This document shows, piece by piece, positions 44,904 to 56,220 of a stretch of DNA of 64,000 nt. The stretch is from Thermodesulfobacteriota bacterium (GTDB lineage Bacteria > Desulfobacterota > Desulfarculia > JACQYL01). Location of the stretch: contig CAXXLZ010000002.1 in NCBI GenBank assembly GCA_963675595.2, forward strand, positions 4,352,001 to 4,416,000, in the 5' to 3' direction. A model generated the notes under the pieces. The model had not been told where the DNA came from. It did not search any database and worked only from the letters and a program-made list of their open reading frames with translations. How positions within the stretch are numbered: position 1 is the first letter of the stretch; every line of letters begins with the position of its first letter. Made by a program: the position numbers and the translations under genes.

Positions 44904-46364
44904 TCATTCCGCCACACCGCATGCCCGCCCTTTGAAATGAAACAAGAAACCCAGGACCTTCTTCACCGTGTCCGAAAAAATTTTTCTCGAGAAGTAGTTG
45001 CCCGTCACCCGCTTACTGATTTCCGCCAAGGTCGGGTACGGATGCACCGCGCCGGCCAGTGTGGACAACTTGACGCCGCCGTTGAGCGCAGCGACCCATT
45101 CGCCCACCAGTTCCCCGGCGTGCAGGCCGAGAATCTGCACCCCGACCGGGCGTTCGCTTTTGTCCAGGATCAGCTTGATCCGACCGCCTTCCTCGCCTTC
45201 GGCCACATTGCGGTCATTGCCGTCAAAGTCTTCGGTGTAGACTTGGGCCTCGATGCCCTGGGCTCCCGCCGCCTTTTCGTTCATGCCGATGCTTGCCAAT
45301 TCAGGGCTCGTGTAGGTACACCAGGGCAGAAAGGCGTAGTCCGTCTTTCGAGGAAAATGGAACACGGCGTTGCTTACGATAATGCCGCCTTCGTATCCCG
45401 CCGCGTGGGTGAACTCGAACTTGCCCGTGACGTCTCCGCACGCGTAGATGTGGGATTGGGAAGTACGCAGTTTGTCGTCCACCCCGATCCCCTTACCGTC
45501 CAGGGCGACCCCGACGGATTCCAGACCGAGACCTTCGATATTGGGACTCCTCCCCAAGGCCACCAAAAGGGCTTCCCCCACGACGGATTCCTCATTTCCC
45601 TCCGGGGTCTTATACACGACCGCCGGGTGGGAATCCCGCGTCTCCACACGCAAAACGGACGCGTTTAGGTGGAAGCGCACGCCTTCCTCTTGGAGTGCCG
45701 TCATGACCGCGTCGGCCATGTCTTTGTCTTCCTTGCTCAGGATTTGGCCTCCCCGCTGGATCACGCGCACCTGTGTTCCCAACCGGGCGAAAGCCTGGGC
45801 CATTTCCACGGCGATGGGACCCGCTCCGAGGATGAGCATGGAGGCGGGTAGACGGTCCAGGGAGAAAATATCGCGGTTGGTAAGGTAAGGCACGGTGTCC
45901 AACCCTTTGACCGGAGGAACCGCCGGGGAGCTTCCCGTGGCGATGACCCAATCTTTGGCCGAATAGGTTTTTCCTTCCAGGTCCACGGTGTGTTCATCCG
46001 TGAATCTCGGAGCGCCGTGTTCCACCCTGACCCCAAGCCCGCAGAATCGTTCCTCGGAATCATGATGTTGGATGTGGTCGATCACCGATCGGATTCTCGC
46101 GGATACCGCCTGGAAATCCACGGGAGGCAAATCCACCGCCGGGAGTCCGAAACGCTCGGCGTTCCGCATGAGGTGGTACACGCGGGCCGTTTTGATGAGC
46201 GTCTTGCTCGGCACGCATCCGAAATGGAGACAGTCACCGCCCAGTTTTTCGTCCTTTTCCACGAGGAGAACTTTCGCCCCCAACTGGGAAGCTCCGGCCG
46301 CCACGGTTAGCCCCCCGGCTCCCGCGCCGATGATGCCCAAATCGAAATCGTAGGGATGCGCCAT
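44904..46364 (-). CDS. Class I pyridine nucleotide-disulfide oxidoreductase (MerA/LpdA-like)
   Basis: IGAGAGG, GGDCLHFGCVPSK, GAGPIAVE, HPYPTLAE. Confidence 0.9.
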   Translation of the reverse strand: MAHPYDFDLGIIGAGAGGLTVAAGASQLGAKVLLVEKDEKLGGDCLHFGCVPSKTLIKTARVYHLMRNAERFGLPAVDLPPVDFQAVSARIRSVIDHIQHHDSEERFCGLGVRVEHGAPRFTDEHTVDLEGKTYSAKDWVIATGSSPAVPPVKGLDTVPYLTNRDIFSLDRLPASMLILGAGPIAVEMAQAFARLGTQVRVIQRGGQILSKEDKDMADAVMTALQEEGVRFHLNASVLRVETRDSHPAVVYKTPEGNEESVVGEALLVALGRSPNIEGLGLESVGVALDGKGIGVDDKLRTSQSHIYACGDVTGKFEFTHAAGYEGGIIVSNAVFHFPRKTDYAFLPWCTYTSPELASIGMNEKAAGAQGIEAQVYTEDFDGNDRNVAEGEEGGRIKLILDKSERPVGVQILGLHAGELVGEWVAALNGGVKLSTLAGAVHPYPTLAEISKRVTGNYFSRKIFSDTVKKVLGFLFHFKGRACGVAE

Positions 46365-46366
46365 GA

Positions 46367-47149
46367 TCAAGCCCCTTTCTTCCGGTTGAAGTCGTTGAGG
46401 GACCAGTCCCATTCAAGGTATCGGATTCGAATTCGGCCGCGCCCGGAGAGGAGCCTGTCTTTGAGCTCTCCCTCGGCGTATTTGAGGATGAAGGGCAGGA
46501 CCCCTTCAGGAAAGTCCTCACCGAACCAGTCGAAAACCTTGTTGACGAACAGATCGTTTCCCTCGATTCGCGTGCGGGCCGGGTCGTTGATGGTCTTGCG
46601 GCATTGATCGTCCAACTGAGCGTTTAGCACTTCTCCTCGATAAGGCTCCGCCCGCAGCGGGGGACAGCCCATGGATGCGCAATTCACCGCAAAGTGGATC
46701 CTGGAGTCCCTGAATTTCGGCCTGATGATGTCATGTTCGATTTGATCCAGGGTTAGGGTCCGTCCGTTGATTCGAGCAATTTCTTGGTCCCAGGGTCCGG
46801 AAAACCAGCCGCCGATGTCTTTGATGGATTTCAGGTTCGGATATCGGGTCAGAACCAGTTGGATGGTCCAGGCATTGTAGGCGTTGATGTAGAAAGCGAG
46901 TTGAGCGTTTCGCTCCAAAGCGTCGGGATTCACCTCGGCCAGAACGTCGAGATATCGGTCCAGGAGTTGCCGATCTTCCTGTACGCCTCGGTAGTCCACC
47001 AGACCTTGGTGCACATGCCGTTGGAGCAGTCGGGCATAAAGCGTGGAATCCGGTGGGGAGGCCTGGGCGCGGCAAATCATGGGTGAAAGGAGCACAATCA
47101 GGAAGAGACAGACCTGGAGCCGGGTGGGGCTGGCTTTTGCGCGGGTCAT
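46367..47149 (-). CDS. DUF547 family exported protein
   Basis: VDY, LAFYINAYNA, RIHFAVNCASMGCP, F.WF.EDF, WSLN. Confidence 0.9.
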   Translation of the reverse strand: MTRAKASPTRLQVCLFLIVLLSPMICRAQASPPDSTLYARLLQRHVHQGLVDYRGVQEDRQLLDRYLDVLAEVNPDALERNAQLAFYINAYNAWTIQLVLTRYPNLKSIKDIGGWFSGPWDQEIARINGRTLTLDQIEHDIIRPKFRDSRIHFAVNCASMGCPPLRAEPYRGEVLNAQLDDQCRKTINDPARTRIEGNDLFVNKVFDWFGEDFPEGVLPFILKYAEGELKDRLLSGRGRIRIRYLEWDWSLNDFNRKKGA

Positions 47150-47498
47150 GGGCGAACCTCCGAACGGGTGTCGGCCTTTGAGGTCGGTTTGAGGAGGGGC
47201 GCGGACCGGTCCGCCCGGTGAGGGAGGCGTCCACGAAGCTGTAACGAAGTGCTGTACGGTCAGCATATCACAATCGGAGCCCGTACTTCCTCCACTTGTG
47301 AAGAGCAAGCCGGGAGCCGGGTTTTGCATGAGTCGAGTGTGGGGAGGACCCGGGGCGTCGGTTTCGAACGATTCGATCTCTTAATGGGGGTCACGGAGGA
47401 TGGGCGCGGCCTATGGGGAAAGAGCGCCCCCCGCCGTACCGTGCCGGCGAGGGGCCGAAAGGAACGGCTCACATCGGATGGAGCGGTTCCTTGGGGAT

Positions 47499-49385
47499 TC
47501 AGAAGTCTTCCAGATTATCATCCAGCGGAATCACCCGCTCAGGGGACACTTCCCGCGGCGAACCGCCCCTTCGGGCCATCTTCGACCCGGCGATCGGTCT
47601 GCGCTGGCTGGATTTCGATTTTTTCATGGGGCGGCTTCTTTTCAGGGGTCGCATGGAGTCCGATTCGGACTCGCTCCCGGCGACCAGAGCCACCAAGTCC
47701 CTCACCAGAGTCTTGGAATGTTCGGCCTGGGCGCGCATGGTGTCGGCCGCCGCCGCGGATTCTTCCGAGTTGGCCGCATTGGTTTGCACGACCCGGTCCA
47801 AATCATTCACCGCGCGGGCGATTTGATCGATTCCTTGAGCTTGCTCCCCGGATGCCGCGGCAATCTCACGAACCAGTTCTCCGGCCTTGGCCGTACTCTT
47901 GGAGACTTCGGAAAAGGCCTCGCTCGATCGGGTGACGAGTGCCGAGCCTTCACCGATCTTCTTCACCGTGGTTTCAATCAGGCTCGATGTATTGCCGGCC
48001 GCTTCCGCGGCTCTCACGGCCAGATTGCGCACTTCATCGGCCACCACGGCGAATCCCGCACCCGCCTCTCCGGCGCGGGCGGCCTCGACCGCGGCGTTGA
48101 GAGCCAACAGGTTGGTTTGAAAGGCGATTTCATCGATGGTCTTGATGATCTTGGAGGTTTCGTTGCTCGCCCGGGTAATCTCCTCCATGGATCGGGTAAG
48201 GTCTCCCATGGCCGAACCGGCTTGAGAAACCACACGACCGGTTTCCGTCATAAGTTGATTGGCCTGGTCCGCGTTGGAGGAATTCTGTTTGGTCATGGAT
48301 GACATCTCTTCCAGAGAAGAAGAGGTCTCTTCCAAGGAAGCAGCCTGTTCCGACGTGCTTTCCGCCAAGGATTGACTCGCCGAAGCGATCTCCCGAGAAG
48401 CATTGCCGACGCTGTCGGATGATTCCGTCAGCCCCGACGTTATGCCGTGGATCTTTCTGGTGATGGTCCCCGCGACCAGGAAGATCACCACGACCACCAA
48501 GGCCACGGCCGCGGCTCCCACAAGCAGGTTGGTCCAGCCGATACGTCGAACCGGGGCCAGAAGTTCCTTTTGGCCGGCGCCGGCGAGCACCAGCCAGCCC
48601 ACTTGCGGTACCTTTTGGTACGCTCCCAATTTCTCCATGTCGTCGGCGGTATAAGACAAGGTACCGGATTGTTGGTCGAGGCGCGACGGTTCGATCCCGT
48701 AATCCCTCAAATTGACCTCAAGAATCTGTGAACGGTCCGGATGGGCGATAATGGCGCCCTTTGGGTCCGCCACCACCGCATAACCCGTTTCCCCCACCTC
48801 GATGGAATCTATGAAGGACTTGGTGAAAAACTCAACGTCCACGACTCCGAACAATACGCCCACCGCTTTGTTGTCCTTGGAAACCGGTGCGGACACCACG
48901 AAAACCGGACGCCCGGTGGCTTTGCTCTTCACCACTCCCGATATGAACACTTTTCCGGCCATGGACTGCTTGAAATATTCGCGATCCCCGACCTTGACCT
49001 TGCCGGCGATTTCCGGAGGCGCCGAGGCGAGAATTTCTCCTCGGGGATCGGCGACATTGATGGCTTCGAAATACCCATAGTCTTCCTTGATCCGTTTGAA
49101 TTCGTCTTCGGCCGATTTGCGGGCGGCGAGACCGGGCGCCGAATCTTCCAGGGAATTCCGGAACCATTCGATCCGAGACCAGGATACAATGTTCAAGCGG
49201 ATATCAGTGACCCACAATTCGATGTTGCGGCTCGTGGAACGGCTGAGCTGTACCAATCCGGTTTCGACGGATTGAAACAGGGCCTTCCGAACGTTGTAAT
49301 AAGAAACAACGGTCAGGATGCCGAACCCGATCAAAATCAGGAGCACCGTGGGCACCAGGAAACGGTATTTGAGGCTCAACTTCAT
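47499..49385 (-). CDS. Methyl-accepting chemotaxis protein with dCache sensor
   Basis: Two TM helices, DREYF/IIAHPD Cache motifs, [33 protein letters not shown] signalling domain. Confidence 0.95.
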   Translation of the reverse strand: MKLSLKYRFLVPTVLLILIGFGILTVVSYYNVRKALFQSVETGLVQLSRSTSRNIELWVTDIRLNIVSWSRIEWFRNSLEDSAPGLAARKSAEDEFKRIKEDYGYFEAINVADPRGEILASAPPEIAGKVKVGDREYFKQSMAGKVFISGVVKSKATGRPVFVVSAPVSKDNKAVGVLFGVVDVEFFTKSFIDSIEVGETGYAVVADPKGAIIAHPDRSQILEVNLRDYGIEPSRLDQQSGTLSYTADDMEKLGAYQKVPQVGWLVLAGAGQKELLAPVRRIGWTNLLVGAAAVALVVVVIFLVAGTITRKIHGITSGLTESSDSVGNASREIASASQSLAESTSEQAASLEETSSSLEEMSSMTKQNSSNADQANQLMTETGRVVSQAGSAMGDLTRSMEEITRASNETSKIIKTIDEIAFQTNLLALNAAVEAARAGEAGAGFAVVADEVRNLAVRAAEAAGNTSSLIETTVKKIGEGSALVTRSSEAFSEVSKSTAKAGELVREIAAASGEQAQGIDQIARAVNDLDRVVQTNAANSEESAAAADTMRAQAEHSKTLVRDLVALVAGSESESDSMRPLKRSRPMKKSKSSQRRPIAGSKMARRGGSPREVSPERVIPLDDNLEDF

Positions 49386-49953
49386 GAGGTCATTCCTTTC
49401 TTGAACGACCGGAGTCGGAAAATCAGACAGACGGTTCCGAGGTTGAAGTCAACGTGCTGGTTTCGGACGCGGATTTTGGAACAAGCTCAACGCAGCGGGA
49501 GTACGGGACAAGAAATCCGCACGGGCTTGGACGAAGTTTTCGGCTTATTCCGGGTTCAAACCGCGAATTTCCAGCCGGAACGATTTTTTTTTGGGCATGG
49601 AGTTCTTTTGAGTATCCTAAATGATAAGGATACAAAAAAATGTGTACGTCAAGGCTATTATACAGATTAACAATAACAGAAACAGAGCAAAAAATGTGCC
49701 CGAGATGCGATGAATGGTGAGTCCGATAAACTGATGTGTTTTAAGGCTGTTAGCTGGGCGATCGTATATGGTGACCAAGAGAATGAAAGGCGGATTGTCT
49801 TATTTATTGGAAAGTGTCCGGAAAACAAGACGTGTCTGGAGAAGCCTACCCCTCGGCATTCAGGATTTCATCGATCAACGGTGGTGAGGCGATGCGGGTG
49901 AGGGAGCTGAGAGACGGGAGGCGGCGAAATCCGCAAGGGTGGGATGCGCGCCG

Positions 49954-50790
49954 TTACCCCTGCTCGGAATGACCGCCCGAGGAGCGCCCAAGGCTGCGCT
50001 CCCGCAGTTTGGCGTACTTGCAGAACGTGTAATGAGAGTAAAGGCAGGCCAGAAGAAATCCGTAATAGCCGTCCAGGAAGCCGGCCTTCATGAAGTACAT
50101 CTGGACGAAGGTAAAAAAGGCGTGGCCCAGCATGCCGGCCGGGCCGATTTTCTTTCCCGCTCGAAAGTATTCCTCGGCGCTGAGGGTTGAGTAATGGTCC
50201 GAACGCGTCAGGAAATCCGAGATGTTCGTATAGGTGAAATGCAGCAGAGGATGAGTGAGGCGACCCACAGGACCGTCCACTACCGCCTTCTCATGAACGG
50301 CCCGCTCTTCGAACCGGGCTCTGTCCCTGAGAAAGAGCCTTAGGACGCGGTCGGGGCTCCATCCTCCGTGCCGTATCCAACGACCGGCGAAGTGGTTTCT
50401 GCGCGGTACGGAATAGCCCGCTTCGTGATTGCGAGAGGTCAGGACCCGGTCGATTTCCGTGACGAGTTCGGGTGAAACCCGCTCGTCGGCGTCCAGGGAG
50501 AGGACCCAAGGTCGTTCCGCCTTGTCCAGGGCGCTGTTTTTCTGGGCTGCGTAGCCTTTCCAGGGTTCTTGAAATACCCGGGCGCCTCGTCGTCGGCAAA
50601 CCTCCACGCTGCCATCCGTGCTGAAGCTGTCCACCACCACTACCTGGCCGGCCCATTTGACGGAATCCAGGCATTCGGGCAGGTTATGCTCCTCGTTGTG
50701 GGTGATGATCGCGACGGTCAGATCAGTCCATGAGGCCGGCTGCAAAGGTCGCCTCCGATTCGACGGCTTCCGTCCATTCAGGGGAATCAT
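49954..50790 (-). CDS. Glycosyltransferase family 2 (WaaE/KdtX-like)
   Basis: IITHNEE, VVDSFSTD, LDADE, VHE, GFLDG. Confidence 0.9.
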   Translation of the reverse strand: MIPLNGRKPSNRRRPLQPASWTDLTVAIITHNEEHNLPECLDSVKWAGQVVVVDSFSTDGSVEVCRRRGARVFQEPWKGYAAQKNSALDKAERPWVLSLDADERVSPELVTEIDRVLTSRNHEAGYSVPRRNHFAGRWIRHGGWSPDRVLRLFLRDRARFEERAVHEKAVVDGPVGRLTHPLLHFTYTNISDFLTRSDHYSTLSAEEYFRAGKKIGPAGMLGHAFFTFVQMYFMKAGFLDGYYGFLLACLYSHYTFCKYAKLRERSLGRSSGGHSEQG

Positions 50791-50838
50791 TGTGACGGCG
50801 TGGGAGGCGGGCGCTCCCTGGTAACGAACCGTGTTTCT

Positions 50839-52020
50839 TCAAGGGCGCTCCTTGAGTCTCACCGGAATCGTGGTTCGATTCCCGTCCCGAACCACCTCGA
50901 CCTGGGCGATTTCATCGACCTTCATTTTCCCGACGATCCGGCTCATCTGATCCATGCCCGTGACGGGTGCGTCGTTGATGGAAATGATCACGTCGCCCCC
51001 GATGGGGAAACGGAAGTTGCTGATAACGACTTCTCGGTCGCCGCCTCGGATGCCGGCCTGTGCCGCGGGACCCTCCGGCACCGTTTCCACCACCAATACA
51101 CCCTGATCCACCGCGAGTTTCAAAGCCTTGGAAAGCTCCTTGGACAGAGTGATTCCCGAGATACCCAGCCATGGCCTGGCCACATAGCCGCGGGAAATAA
51201 GCTGCGTCGCCACGTCCCGGGCATGGTTGACGGGGATGGCGAATCCGATGCCCTGGTATCCTCCGGTGAGGCTGAATATGGCCGTGTTGATGCCGATGAC
51301 CTCGCCGCTTGAATTCAACAAGGGGCCGCCGGAGTTTCCGGGGTTGATGGCCGCGTCGGTCTGGATCAACCCTTCCATGATTACGTCGTGGCGCGTGCGA
51401 ATTTCCCGATTCAGAGCACTGACGATCCCCGTGGTCATGGTGTGAGAGAGGCCGAATGGATTGCCGATGGCGATGGCCTTTTGTCCTACCTGCAATGGAT
51501 CCGAATCCCCCAAGACCGCAACGGACTCAACGTAACTCTCGGGGATTCGGATCACCGCCAGGTCGAACTTGGGGTCCCTTCCGACCAGTTGCGCCTCCAC
51601 CTGTCGGCCCGTGCCCGTGGTGACCGTGAGACGTTGGGCCTTTTCCACCACGTGGTTGTTGGTCAGGATATAGCCCGCTGGATCGATGATGAAGCCGGAA
51701 CCCTGCCCCTGTTGAGGGATGATTTCCCTCCAGAAGTTCATGCTCAAAGTCGTGGCCACGATGTTCACCACGGACAGATGCGCTTTGGAAAAAACTTCCT
51801 GGTTGATCTTCTCGTCGGTCGAGATAATGACGGGACGATCTTCCGACACGGAAGCGGGCTGGTTGAAGGAGAGCTCCGAGGGCTTCGGACGATTCTCGAA
51901 GAAGCCTTGGCGTGAAGCCCATTGCAGCAGCGGCGGCAGAGCGACGGCCAACAAGATGATCCAGAGAAGAACCTTGATCCAGGTTCTTCCGGAATTTCCG
52001 AACCTTCGAGGAGCGTTCAT
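50839..52020 (-). CDS. HtrA/DegP-like trypsin serine protease with PDZ domain
   Basis: GSGF, TNNHV, DLAV, QTDAAINPGNSGGPL, one PDZ; N-terminal TM helix. Confidence 0.95.
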   Translation of the reverse strand: MNAPRRFGNSGRTWIKVLLWIILLAVALPPLLQWASRQGFFENRPKPSELSFNQPASVSEDRPVIISTDEKINQEVFSKAHLSVVNIVATTLSMNFWREIIPQQGQGSGFIIDPAGYILTNNHVVEKAQRLTVTTGTGRQVEAQLVGRDPKFDLAVIRIPESYVESVAVLGDSDPLQVGQKAIAIGNPFGLSHTMTTGIVSALNREIRTRHDVIMEGLIQTDAAINPGNSGGPLLNSSGEVIGINTAIFSLTGGYQGIGFAIPVNHARDVATQLISRGYVARPWLGISGITLSKELSKALKLAVDQGVLVVETVPEGPAAQAGIRGGDREVVISNFRFPIGGDVIISINDAPVTGMDQMSRIVGKMKVDEIAQVEVVRDGNRTTIPVRLKERP

Positions 52021-52025
52021 GGGTT

Positions 52026-53867
52026 CTATTCCCGTCCTTCGTCTTTTGCGGTTTCAGGTAGTTGCAGGCCTCGTTCCTTCAATATCTCTTGGAGTTCCGC
52101 TCCGGTGATCACCTCTTTCTTCAAGAGGACCGTAGCCGCCTCCTCGAGGGCGGCGCTCTTCTCTTTCACGATGTCCGCCGCGAGTTGATAGCGCGATTCG
52201 ATCAGGTTCCTCACCTCGTCATCGATGAGCCTGGCCGTGTCTTCGCTGTATTCCTTAGGCATGGGAGCGAGTTGGGATTCCATGAAACGTCCCTGCCGTT
52301 CCTTGTCGTAATAGACATGGCCCAGGCTTGAGCTCATTCCGTACTGCTTGATCATGCTTCGGGCGATGTCGGTGGCCTTGGCCAGATCATTGTGGGCACC
52401 GGTGGAAATATCGCCGAGCATTAACGCTTCCGCGGCTCGTCCCCCCAAGAGGACCGCAATCTTATTCTCCAGTTCGGTGCGGGTCATGAGAAAGCGGTCT
52501 TCCGTGGGAACCTGCAGGGTGTACCCCAAAGCGGCGATTCCCCGAGGAATGATGGATATCTTCTGTACCGGGTCCGTTCCCGGCAAGGACAGGGCCACCA
52601 GAGCGTGTCCAACCTCGTGGAAGGCCACGATTCTGCGTTCCGTGACATTGATGACTCGGCTCTTTTTTTCCAGCCCCGCGACGATACGTTCCACCGCCTC
52701 CTCGAATTCGGACATACCCACGAACTCCTTCCCGCGTCGGACGGCGAGTAGGGCCGCTTCGTTGACCAGGTTCGCCAGGTCGGCCCCCACGAGACCCGGA
52801 GTCATATTGGCCAGAAGTTCCGTGTCCACGTCTGAACCGGTTTTTACATTTCGCATGTGGATCTTGAGTATGGCTTGGCGTCCCTCCTTGTCCGGTCGGT
52901 CCACCAAGACATGGCGGTCGAATCTTCCCGGTCGGAGCAGGGCCGGGTCCAGAATCTCGGGACGGTTGGTGGCCGCCATCAGAATCACGCCCACGGTGGG
53001 ATCAAAACCATCCATTTCCACCAGAAGCTGGTTGAGTGTCTGTTCACGCTCATCGTGCCCGCCGAAGCCGGTGAATCCCCGAGCCTTACCCAAGGCGTCC
53101 AGTTCATCGACGAAAATAATGCAGGGGGCTTTTCCCTTGGCTTGAGTGAACAGGTCCCTAACCCGGGCGGCGCCCAATCCCACGAACATTTCTACGAATT
53201 CGGAACCGCTCATGCTGAAGAACGGCACGTGGCTTTCGCCGGCCACCGCCTTGGCCAGGAGCGTTTTTCCGGTACCGGGCGGGCCCACCAGAAGCACGCC
53301 CCTGGGCATCTTCCCTCCCAGGGAAGTGTATTTGTCCGGTTTTCTCAAGAATTCGACAATCTCGGACAATTCTTCCTTGGCTTCGTCCACGCCGGCCACG
53401 TCGGTGAATCTGAGGTCCAGTTCCTCCTCCATGTAGATTTTGGCCTTGCTTTTGCCCAGGGTCATGAAACCGCCTTGCTGGCCCCCGATCCTACGGATCA
53501 TGAAGTACCAGATCCCCACGAACAGGAATACGGGCACCAACCAGGATGCCAGATCCCGAAAGAAGGTGTTTTCCAGCTCTCCCTTGAAGGTGACATTGTA
53601 TTTTTCCAATTGCTTGGAAAACCCCGGGTCGACACGGATGGTGCGGAACACGCTGACGCGACCGTTCTCTTTGATTTTGCCCTCGATGATATTCTGGGAA
53701 ATGGCGATTTCCTTGACCTTGCCCTGGTCCAACAGGCTGAGGAACTCACTGTACGGCACCCGCCGAACCTCAAGCGCGGATACGAGAATGTTCTGGACGA
53801 GCAGCACCACCCAGATTCCGATGAGCACATACCAGATCGAAAATTTGGTTTTCTTCTCCACGGACAT
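52026..53867 (-). CDS. ftsH: ATP-dependent zinc metalloprotease FtsH
   Basis: [28 protein letters not shown]; two TM helices. Confidence 0.97.
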   Translation of the reverse strand: MSVEKKTKFSIWYVLIGIWVVLLVQNILVSALEVRRVPYSEFLSLLDQGKVKEIAISQNIIEGKIKENGRVSVFRTIRVDPGFSKQLEKYNVTFKGELENTFFRDLASWLVPVFLFVGIWYFMIRRIGGQQGGFMTLGKSKAKIYMEEELDLRFTDVAGVDEAKEELSEIVEFLRKPDKYTSLGGKMPRGVLLVGPPGTGKTLLAKAVAGESHVPFFSMSGSEFVEMFVGLGAARVRDLFTQAKGKAPCIIFVDELDALGKARGFTGFGGHDEREQTLNQLLVEMDGFDPTVGVILMAATNRPEILDPALLRPGRFDRHVLVDRPDKEGRQAILKIHMRNVKTGSDVDTELLANMTPGLVGADLANLVNEAALLAVRRGKEFVGMSEFEEAVERIVAGLEKKSRVINVTERRIVAFHEVGHALVALSLPGTDPVQKISIIPRGIAALGYTLQVPTEDRFLMTRTELENKIAVLLGGRAAEALMLGDISTGAHNDLAKATDIARSMIKQYGMSSSLGHVYYDKERQGRFMESQLAPMPKEYSEDTARLIDDEVRNLIESRYQLAADIVKEKSAALEEAATVLLKKEVITGAELQEILKERGLQLPETAKDEGRE

Positions 53868-53992
53868 AAGGACCCCCGAAACGAAAAGGTGGGATGCTTC
53901 CGGTTGCGCGGCGCATGGAGGCCACGGATCGCCGGCCGAACTTCACGGGGAGGACTCGAATCGAAACTCGCCGCCCGCCAAGTTCCCTTGGC

Positions 53993-56131
53993 TTAGTCTA
54001 ACAGCTCAATGGGTGCGTAATCGAGTTCCAAAGTGGTAAGGCCCGTATTTTCGAACTGGACCATGACTTTTCCTTCTCCCTGCAGGCCGATGACCACACC
54101 CAGACCCAATGAGGGATGTCGGACCCTCCGGCCCGTACGAAAACCTTGTCTTCCCTTGCTCGGCGCGGCGGGTATCGAGCCGCCTCGAAGCCTATGAAGC
54201 GTCTTGGCCGCTCCCACGGCGGGCTCGGGTGCGGGCTCCTGTGGTGACGATCCGCACGGCCTGAGGGGATGAAGAAATCGGGATGGTTCCACGGCGGTGA
54301 GGCCTTCTCCCGGACGATAAGCGAAGCGCGGATAGGACAAGTAAAGACGCTCCTTGGAACGGGTCACGGCCACGTAAAGGAGACGACGCTCCTCCTCCAT
54401 TTCTTCCGATTCCTCCATGACCCGCGCGTGGGGGAACCAGCCTTCCGCCACCCAGATCACGAATACGGCCCTCCATTCCAGGCCCTTGGCCGAATGTACC
54501 GTGGAGAGCGTCAGGGAGTCCGGAATTCGGCTTTTCGGGGCGTCCGTTCGAGGAGGCTCGAGCGTCACCTCCGCCAAAAACTCCCTGAGCCTTGAGAATC
54601 GCTCCGCCACATTGAGCAGGGCTTCCAAATGCCACGTGCGCTTATAATGATCTTCGTATTTGTCTTGAAGGATCGGTCGGTAGTATTCAAACGTACGTTC
54701 GAGCTGCGCCCGGGGATTGCCTCGGATATTGGACAAATCCTCGAGGAGTTTGGACAGGTCTTTCAGGCCTGAAATGGAGTCCGCTTTGGGGAAGGTCGCC
54801 AAACCCTCGTAACTTCTTTCTTCCCGCTTCAAGTGGGCGATGATTTTCTGGGCGCGCTTGAGGCCCACGCCTTCCAGCAGCATGAGCACTCGCTGCCAGG
54901 AGTAGAAATCCCTGGGATTCGCCAGGACTCTGAGATGCGCCATGACGTCCTTGATGTGGGCGGCTTCCAGGAACTTGAGCCCTCCGTATTTCACGAAGGG
55001 AATCTCCCGCTTCGCCAGTTCCACTTCGAGATCGTAGGAATGTTGACTGCCTCGGAAGAGCACCGCAATGTCATCGGGACGATAGCCTTGTTCCAGAAGT
55101 TCCGAGATTTCCCGGACCACGAAAAGCGTCTGCTGATGTTCGCTTTCAGTGCATCGGATTGCCGGCGAGGGTCCTTGACCTCTTCGGGTGAACAGACACT
55201 TGGTGTATCTTTCCCGAGCCTCGCTCATGATCAGGTTCGCGGCGTCCAACACGGCTTGGGTGGAACGGTAATTCTCTTCCAGTTTGATGATGCGTGTTTC
55301 CGGAAAACGGTGAGGAAATTCGATGATGTTTTTGAAGCGGGCGCCCCTAAAGGAGTAGATGGATTGGCAGTCGTCGCCGACGACTACCAGGTTCTTGTCC
55401 GGTCCGGCCAGAAGGGCGACGAGATCGTTTTGAATGGGATTGGTATCCTGAAACTCGTCCACCAGGACGTACGAATGTCGCTGATTGACGGCTCTTTGAA
55501 CCCACTCGGATTCCTGAAGCAGTTTCCGGAAGAACACCAGCAGGTCGTCGTAGTCCAATAAGTTATCGAGACGTTTGTATTCGGCGTAGCGATCCCTCAG
55601 GCGGAGGATGTCATCCATGAACCGTTCGAGTCGGCGTCCCTGACGGGCGGCGATCTCCTCCAGAGGTTCGGCGAGATTCACTTCCGCGCTGAACAGATCC
55701 ATCAGGGTGCCTTTGGTGGGGAAGTGAAGTTCCCTGCGGTGGAGTTCCATTTCCTTGCGGAGCCAGGATATGATTTCCTCGGAGTCGGACCGGTCCAAGA
55801 TGGTGAAATCCTGTGGAATCCCGATCTCGGGTCCGAACGTTCTGAGCACTCTGTTGGCCGTGGAGTGGAAGGTGCCGCCCTGGACCAGGCCGCATCTGCT
55901 GTCCAGGAGTTCCGCGGCGCGGTTCAGCATTTCCTCCGACGCCCGACGTGTGAAGGTGAGCAGCAGAATGGACGCCGGATGCACACCGGAGTCCACCAGT
56001 CGGGCCACCCGGTAAACCAGGGTGCGCGTCTTGCCGCTGCCCGCCCCCGCGATGACCAGGGCGGGACCTCCGCCGTGCATGACGGCCTCATATTGAGCCG
56101 GATTCAGAACTTCGTCGTATGGAATGGACAT
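53993..56131 (-). CDS. UvrD/PcrA/Rep superfamily I helicase
   Basis: AGAGSGKT, LVDEFQD, VGDD.QSIY.FRGA, NYRS, STVHSAKGLEW, EERRLLYVA.TR. Confidence 0.95.
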   Translation of the reverse strand: MSIPYDEVLNPAQYEAVMHGGGPALVIAGAGSGKTRTLVYRVARLVDSGVHPASILLLTFTRRASEEMLNRAAELLDSRCGLVQGGTFHSTANRVLRTFGPEIGIPQDFTILDRSDSEEIISWLRKEMELHRRELHFPTKGTLMDLFSAEVNLAEPLEEIAARQGRRLERFMDDILRLRDRYAEYKRLDNLLDYDDLLVFFRKLLQESEWVQRAVNQRHSYVLVDEFQDTNPIQNDLVALLAGPDKNLVVVGDDCQSIYSFRGARFKNIIEFPHRFPETRIIKLEENYRSTQAVLDAANLIMSEARERYTKCLFTRRGQGPSPAIRCTESEHQQTLFVVREISELLEQGYRPDDIAVLFRGSQHSYDLEVELAKREIPFVKYGGLKFLEAAHIKDVMAHLRVLANPRDFYSWQRVLMLLEGVGLKRAQKIIAHLKREERSYEGLATFPKADSISGLKDLSKLLEDLSNIRGNPRAQLERTFEYYRPILQDKYEDHYKRTWHLEALLNVAERFSRLREFLAEVTLEPPRTDAPKSRIPDSLTLSTVHSAKGLEWRAVFVIWVAEGWFPHARVMEESEEMEEERRLLYVAVTRSKERLYLSYPRFAYRPGEGLTAVEPSRFLHPLRPCGSSPQEPAPEPAVGAAKTLHRLRGGSIPAAPSKGRQGFRTGRRVRHPSLGLGVVIGLQGEGKVMVQFENTGLTTLELDYAPIELLD

Positions 56132-56162
56132 GAAAAAAGACCTCCCCGGTCGCCGAGCCGGC

Positions 56163-56179
56163 TTGGCATTGGAATTGCT
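56163..56179 (+). promoter_or_regulatory. Sigma54 (-24/-12) promoter
   Basis: TTGGCATTGGAATTGCT: GG at 56165-66 and GC at 56177-78 with exact consensus spacing, about 40 bp before a GTG start with AGGAGG RBS. Confidence 0.7.
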
Positions 56180-56220
56180 TTAAGTTTGATTGATGATTCG
56201 ATGCCCAAGGAGGAGCTACA

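Noticed and set aside
56180-56206. Sigma28-like TTAAGTTT...CGAT promoter
   Set aside because: Spacing is 2 nt short; the adjacent sigma54 motif fits exactly
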